From contig NC_045699.1 of the NCBI RefSeq assembly GCF_009834535.1, positions 54,498,001 to 54,562,000 of the forward strand: DNA of 64,000 bases. Reading direction: 5' to 3'. A program made the translations under genes and the position numbers. Shown here one piece after another: positions 60,001 to 64,000 of this stretch. The stretch comes from Camelus ferus (lineage: Eukaryota). How positions within the stretch are numbered: the stretch's first letter is position 1; each line of letters opens with the position of its first letter. The notes beneath the pieces were generated by a model, which saw nothing but the letters and a program-made list of their open reading frames with translations, was not told the DNA's origin and made no database searches.

Positions 60001-61904
60001 TTCAAGTTCTCTCTGTGCGTGACGCATCCAGATACCCTGGGAAGAAAGATCACAGAGCTGGCCATGACCTCAGCCAGGCGGGCAGCAGGGCCCCGATGTG
60101 TTCTCTGTGCAAATCAAACAGGCTGCTAGAATCTCACCTGAGCTGCTGCCTCTGGTGCTGGGGAGGAGCCCTTCCTTGCCTTTTCCCACAGTGTCCATTG
60201 CAATGACTGCGATGTGGGAATATTTTGCCTCCTGGGGTGTCATCAGAGGACCCGCCTCAGAGGCCAAATCCCCAGGCAGAACAGGAGGTCGGCACCCCCA
60301 TCTCTAGCCAGAGGGCCCTGCAGGTCGAGGAGAAGGTAGGAACTGCAGTGAAGTCTCCAGGGAGTGTCTCTGGTTGGTTCTGAATACGGAGGAGAAAAGC
60401 CATCTGAAGCCACGTCATGAGTCTCCCGTGACTTCTAGAGATTCAGGTGTGCAGACTACCAGCCAGAAAGCCGAGTAAATGCCCTTCAGACCCATCCAGC
60501 TTGTTAACACCTCCCTTGTCATTTTGGAAGCCCCCTGCCATCAAGGACACCTTTGGAGATACTGAGATAGAATTCGGGAGAACTGGTCTTCAAGTCCTGG
60601 CTGGGCCACTTACTAGCCAGGGGATCCTGGGAAAAGGCTCTTGAGTTCTCTCAACATCTTATGCTAAAGTTTAAAAACCAAAGGAACAAATTCTGCCTTT
60701 TCCTCCTAACAGAGGGTCCTGTTAATGAGCATTGACCAAGGTCATGTGTGTGCAGTACCGTGAAGGCAATAAGCTCTCAGACAAGTGCCTGAGATAGTAA
60801 AAGGGGGACGTGACACTCAGTGCACCCACGGGACACCCTCGAGATACTGCCTCATTCACGCATGTCTTTGCTCAGCTGGTAGAGTATTAAAGATGGAACA
60901 GATTCTGTTCAGACCACTGTGTGACCCCCCTCTGCTTCCCATGGGACCAGAGCCGCAGGTCTGGGTGGTTCTTGACTGTCCACTCTACTGCACCTTTAGA
61001 GTTTGACTTTTTCTTTTTTTGCACATACACATTATATTGAATGTAAATACAAGTATACTGCACATTTTTTTTCGTTTACATATATATACTAATAATCGTT
61101 TCTAAGTAGAATTTGACTTTTAGGGATATTTAATACAAATTTTCTGTTTGCTACAACCTGCAAATGTGTCTTTATAATTATGCTTCACTTCAACTAAAAT
61201 TAACGTGGAGGGATCTGGAGTGGGGAAAGATTAGGTTAGAGGGGGGCTTAGGGTCTGACTTTTAGCCTTTCGTGGGCCTTTTGCCTTTAAATGCCTCTTG
61301 TTGATTTCTTTTCTTCTCAAAATCAAAACTTCACCATCACTCCCTGCTCCTTCCTCCAAAGGGAGTCAACTTGCTCCCAGAAAGAACTTAATATTGGTCA
61401 TTTACACTTCAGTATAAAATTGCTTAATAATTATGCATACTTGCATTAAGCATTTTACAGTTTACATAGTACTTTTAAATACTTTATCTAGTTTAATTCT
61501 CAAGACAGATTTGAAAGATATTATTATGAACCTTGCTTACAAAGGAGTTATTATATTCTCAGAAGCATTCCCTGGTTGTCTTGCAGAGGGTCTAGCAGAA
61601 CAGGAGACCTGGGCGCCTCTGTTGTAAATTAACCCATACTCATTTGCTTTGCACAACTATTGGACACTTTTTGGTAAATAATGGCAGCTTAAGATACAAC
61701 CTGGCTACAGGTTATAATAAAAGCAGAATATGGGTCAAATTCTGGCACTCGTTTATTAAATAAACCTTTGTGAAAGTAGATCTAAAACTATTATCTGTAG
61801 CCTCAAAGACATCATGGCTCTCAAAGATTCTAGATTCTCTAACCCCCATGAAGACAGATGTGGTGGTTTTACAAAGGTGGGATTCTGTTACCACATAGTG
61901 GGCG

Positions 61905-62410
61905 TTAAACAGCCAACGTCCTCTTGAATGGATAAAATAGATGTTATACATGTATACAAATGGAATATGATCCAGCCCTGAGAAAGGAGGATATCCTCCC
62001 ATTTGTGACAGCAGAGATGGGCCTTGAGCACATTAGGTAAGCAAGATGAGTCAGACAGAGAAAGACAAGTACTGTTTGATGTCATTTACATGTGGAATCT
62101 CCAAACATTGAATCTATTAGAAAACAGAGAGTAAAATGGTGGGTACCAGAGGATGAGGCAGGTGGAGGATGATGGCGATAGGACTGATGGGTTAAAATGT
62201 TTAGCAAGTAGTAAATAAGCCACAGAGATCTACTGCACAGTCTAATGCATATAGGCAATAATATTATACTATAATTATGTAATGTGATCATGCTATATCG
62301 GTAATTGTATTACAGCATATAAATGTTATCAAAGTAACATGCTGTACACCTTAAACATACCCAATGTTACATGTCAAATTTATTTTTTTTTAATTAAAAA
62401 AAAAAAAACA
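61905..62410 (+). mobile_element. L1MA-type 3' end (older than the camelid L1 copies)
   Basis: tggaatatgatccagccctgagaaaggaggatatcctcccatttgtgacagca...gtcagacagagaaagacaagtactg...catgctgtacaccttaaac followed by an A-tail. Confidence 0.85.
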
Positions 62411-64000
62411 AACGAAAAACAATGTCCTCTGAACCAAACGCTGGGAACAGTACTGTTCTCAGACATCAAGCACCATCCTTAAGGATGCACTAGCCAAGGT
62501 GGTCACTTTGTGTATTTGTATATTCTATTCACGAAAGGCTGGAAAATATCTCTAATCCACAAATTTGAACACCAGAGATTTCAGCCGTCTCTAGCATCCA
62601 TCATGCTAATTGACAAGCTACTAATTTCACTGATGGAAACTCACTTCTCACCTTAATTATGCCAGTTAGCAAAAGCTTTAGGGGCCCCTGGGAGTTACAG
62701 AGCGTTGAACTCCTGGAGGGAGGAAGGCCCCTACAGAATGGGGTTTCTGATTAGATCCTGGCTGACCACTCCTGGAATATATATTTCCAACTAGGATGGC
62801 TGTTTGCCCCTGGAATGTAATTTAAACTCATTTTAGACACACAACAGCTGAATTCTATTGTGTCTCCCCGAGTATTTTAAAGTAAATGGTCGACATCCTG
62901 ACCGGCCATTAACTATTCTGGGAAGCCAGGGGGTGGGCAGGTATGTGGCAGGCTGTCAGGGCTCCACCTGGAGGGTTAGCTGGGACCATCCAAGATCTCA
63001 CCAACCCCCTTAGCACCCTGGTTTTTCTCTGATCTTCAAAAACCCAGTCTGGTGGTTCTTTCATATCCTCCTGCTTTTTGCATTTGGGGCATAGTTTATT
63101 TCCAAAAAGACTTAACAGTTCATTTAATGAATGTGCATTTTATCTGAGTCTGGAATCAGGTTCACCTTATCTGAATCATGGAGAAAGTTCTGATCTTATC
63201 TTCAAAGAGAGCAAGAAGTATTTGTTGGTCTGAGCATGACATCATTTAATGACGTCAAACCCAGACTCCTGCCAAATCCTTGCACGGCGGGGCTCCCAGG
63301 CCTCTTCCAGGTACCTGGTATAGTTATAGTGGGTTTGATCACTTTAGGCCATCCTGCAAGAAGGTAAATTCTTCCTGCTGAGACCAGAACTCGGGAATTC
63401 GCTCTTTTGTTATAATTGTTCCCTAACTTCCCCAAAACTCAGGAACTCTGAGGCAGGAAGGTAAATTAGCAAAGCAGAGTTGTTTATCTTTTTAAGTACC
63501 TCTACCCTGGTTAGGGCTCAGAGCTGCTGCTCCCTGAAGTAGATGGAATTGAGTGTCAGGAAGAATTTTCTGAATTTGTGGAAAGCGCTGGGGCCCCATG
63601 TAACTAGGAGGAAGGAGAGCCTCCTTCCTGTTTACACCCTCCAGTGTCTAGATTTTTTTTTTAAGATATTGGAAAAGAATCATCTCAAATTACACTAGGA
63701 TCCAAACTTGGACTTTTAACCTGATAATTAGCATTTTAAAAATCTGTTTAACACATCAGAGACATAGCTAATGAGATGTATCATTTCCAACTCAGAGCTA
63801 AAGGTAGTTTTTTGGACAATGCAAAACTGTACTGTCAAGTGCTATTCTCAGTTAAAATTTTTAATCAGAACAGTCATGGCTAGTTCAGAAAGTATGCCTT
63901 GGAAAAGGCTGATACAGTTTTTTAACTTCCAAAGAAGAAAAAAAAAAGAAGTAGGGCTTCTGCTCATCCACTGTCACCCTTGAACTGTGAAGCATCCAGG

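Larger units (their letters stand above)
1..64000 (+). other. NEDD4L: Intronic region of a large camelid gene, tentatively NEDD4L intron 2 (between the two C2-domain exons), carrying alternative first exons
   Basis: No internal coding exons were found. CpG-rich unique segments end in + strand GT donors at 28548, 33091 and 56502. Their phases fit my recollection that NEDD4L exon 3 starts TGATCCG in phase 2, and the segments resemble recalled NEDD4L alternative 5' ends. This is from memory only and needs BLAST. Confidence 0.5.

Noticed and set aside
62445-62458. 14-bp palindrome gaacagtactgttc resembling a steroid response element
   Set aside because: The spacer is 4 nt rather than 3, and about 4 such palindromes are expected by chance in 64 kb.
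1-64000. Most 60-160 aa ORFs in the supplied track
   Set aside because: They have no recognisable domains, often use alternative starts, and overlap SINE/L1/LTR or microsatellite sequence. Their lengths are as expected by chance in six frames.
1-64000. CRISPR arrays, prokaryotic operons, rRNA, intact transposase or retroviral ORFs
   Set aside because: None seen; the sequence is mammalian intronic DNA with only fragmentary repeats.

Overview
Mammalian genomic DNA, very likely from a camelid (alpaca, llama or camel). The assignment rests on about 13 copies of a tRNA-Ala(AGC)-derived SINE of the camelid Vic-1 type and about 14 cetartiodactyl/camelid-type L1 3' ends. There is no recognisable complete protein-coding gene or internal coding exon. 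Essentially all ORFs in the supplied track look like chance ORFs, repeat-derived ORFs or gap artefacts. The window reads as part of one large intron, interrupted by two assembly gaps (156 N and 209 N). It contains ancient repeats (MIR, L2, L1MB/MC/ME, MER3/5/20/58, MLT1, MER21, MER31) and several CpG-enriched unique segments ending in + strand splice donors (about 28.5, 33.1 and 56.5 kb) that look like alternative first exons. My tentative, unverified identification is the NEDD4L intron between exon 2 and exon 3, where alternative promoters are known to generate C2-domain-less isoforms; no NEDD4L coding exon lies in the window to prove this. The most notable observations are: (1) the phase logic of these candidate first exons, (2) a 56-bp (TG)19(CG)8 Z-DNA-type tract, (3) a twin-primed inverted L1 with target-site duplication (TSD), (4) several structurally odd SINE copies, including a 21-nt insertion with TSD, and (5) a perfect 12-bp hairpin. 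I found no convincing new multi-gene system. Repeat subfamily names come from recalled consensus sequences, and boundaries are approximate unless TSDs are cited.
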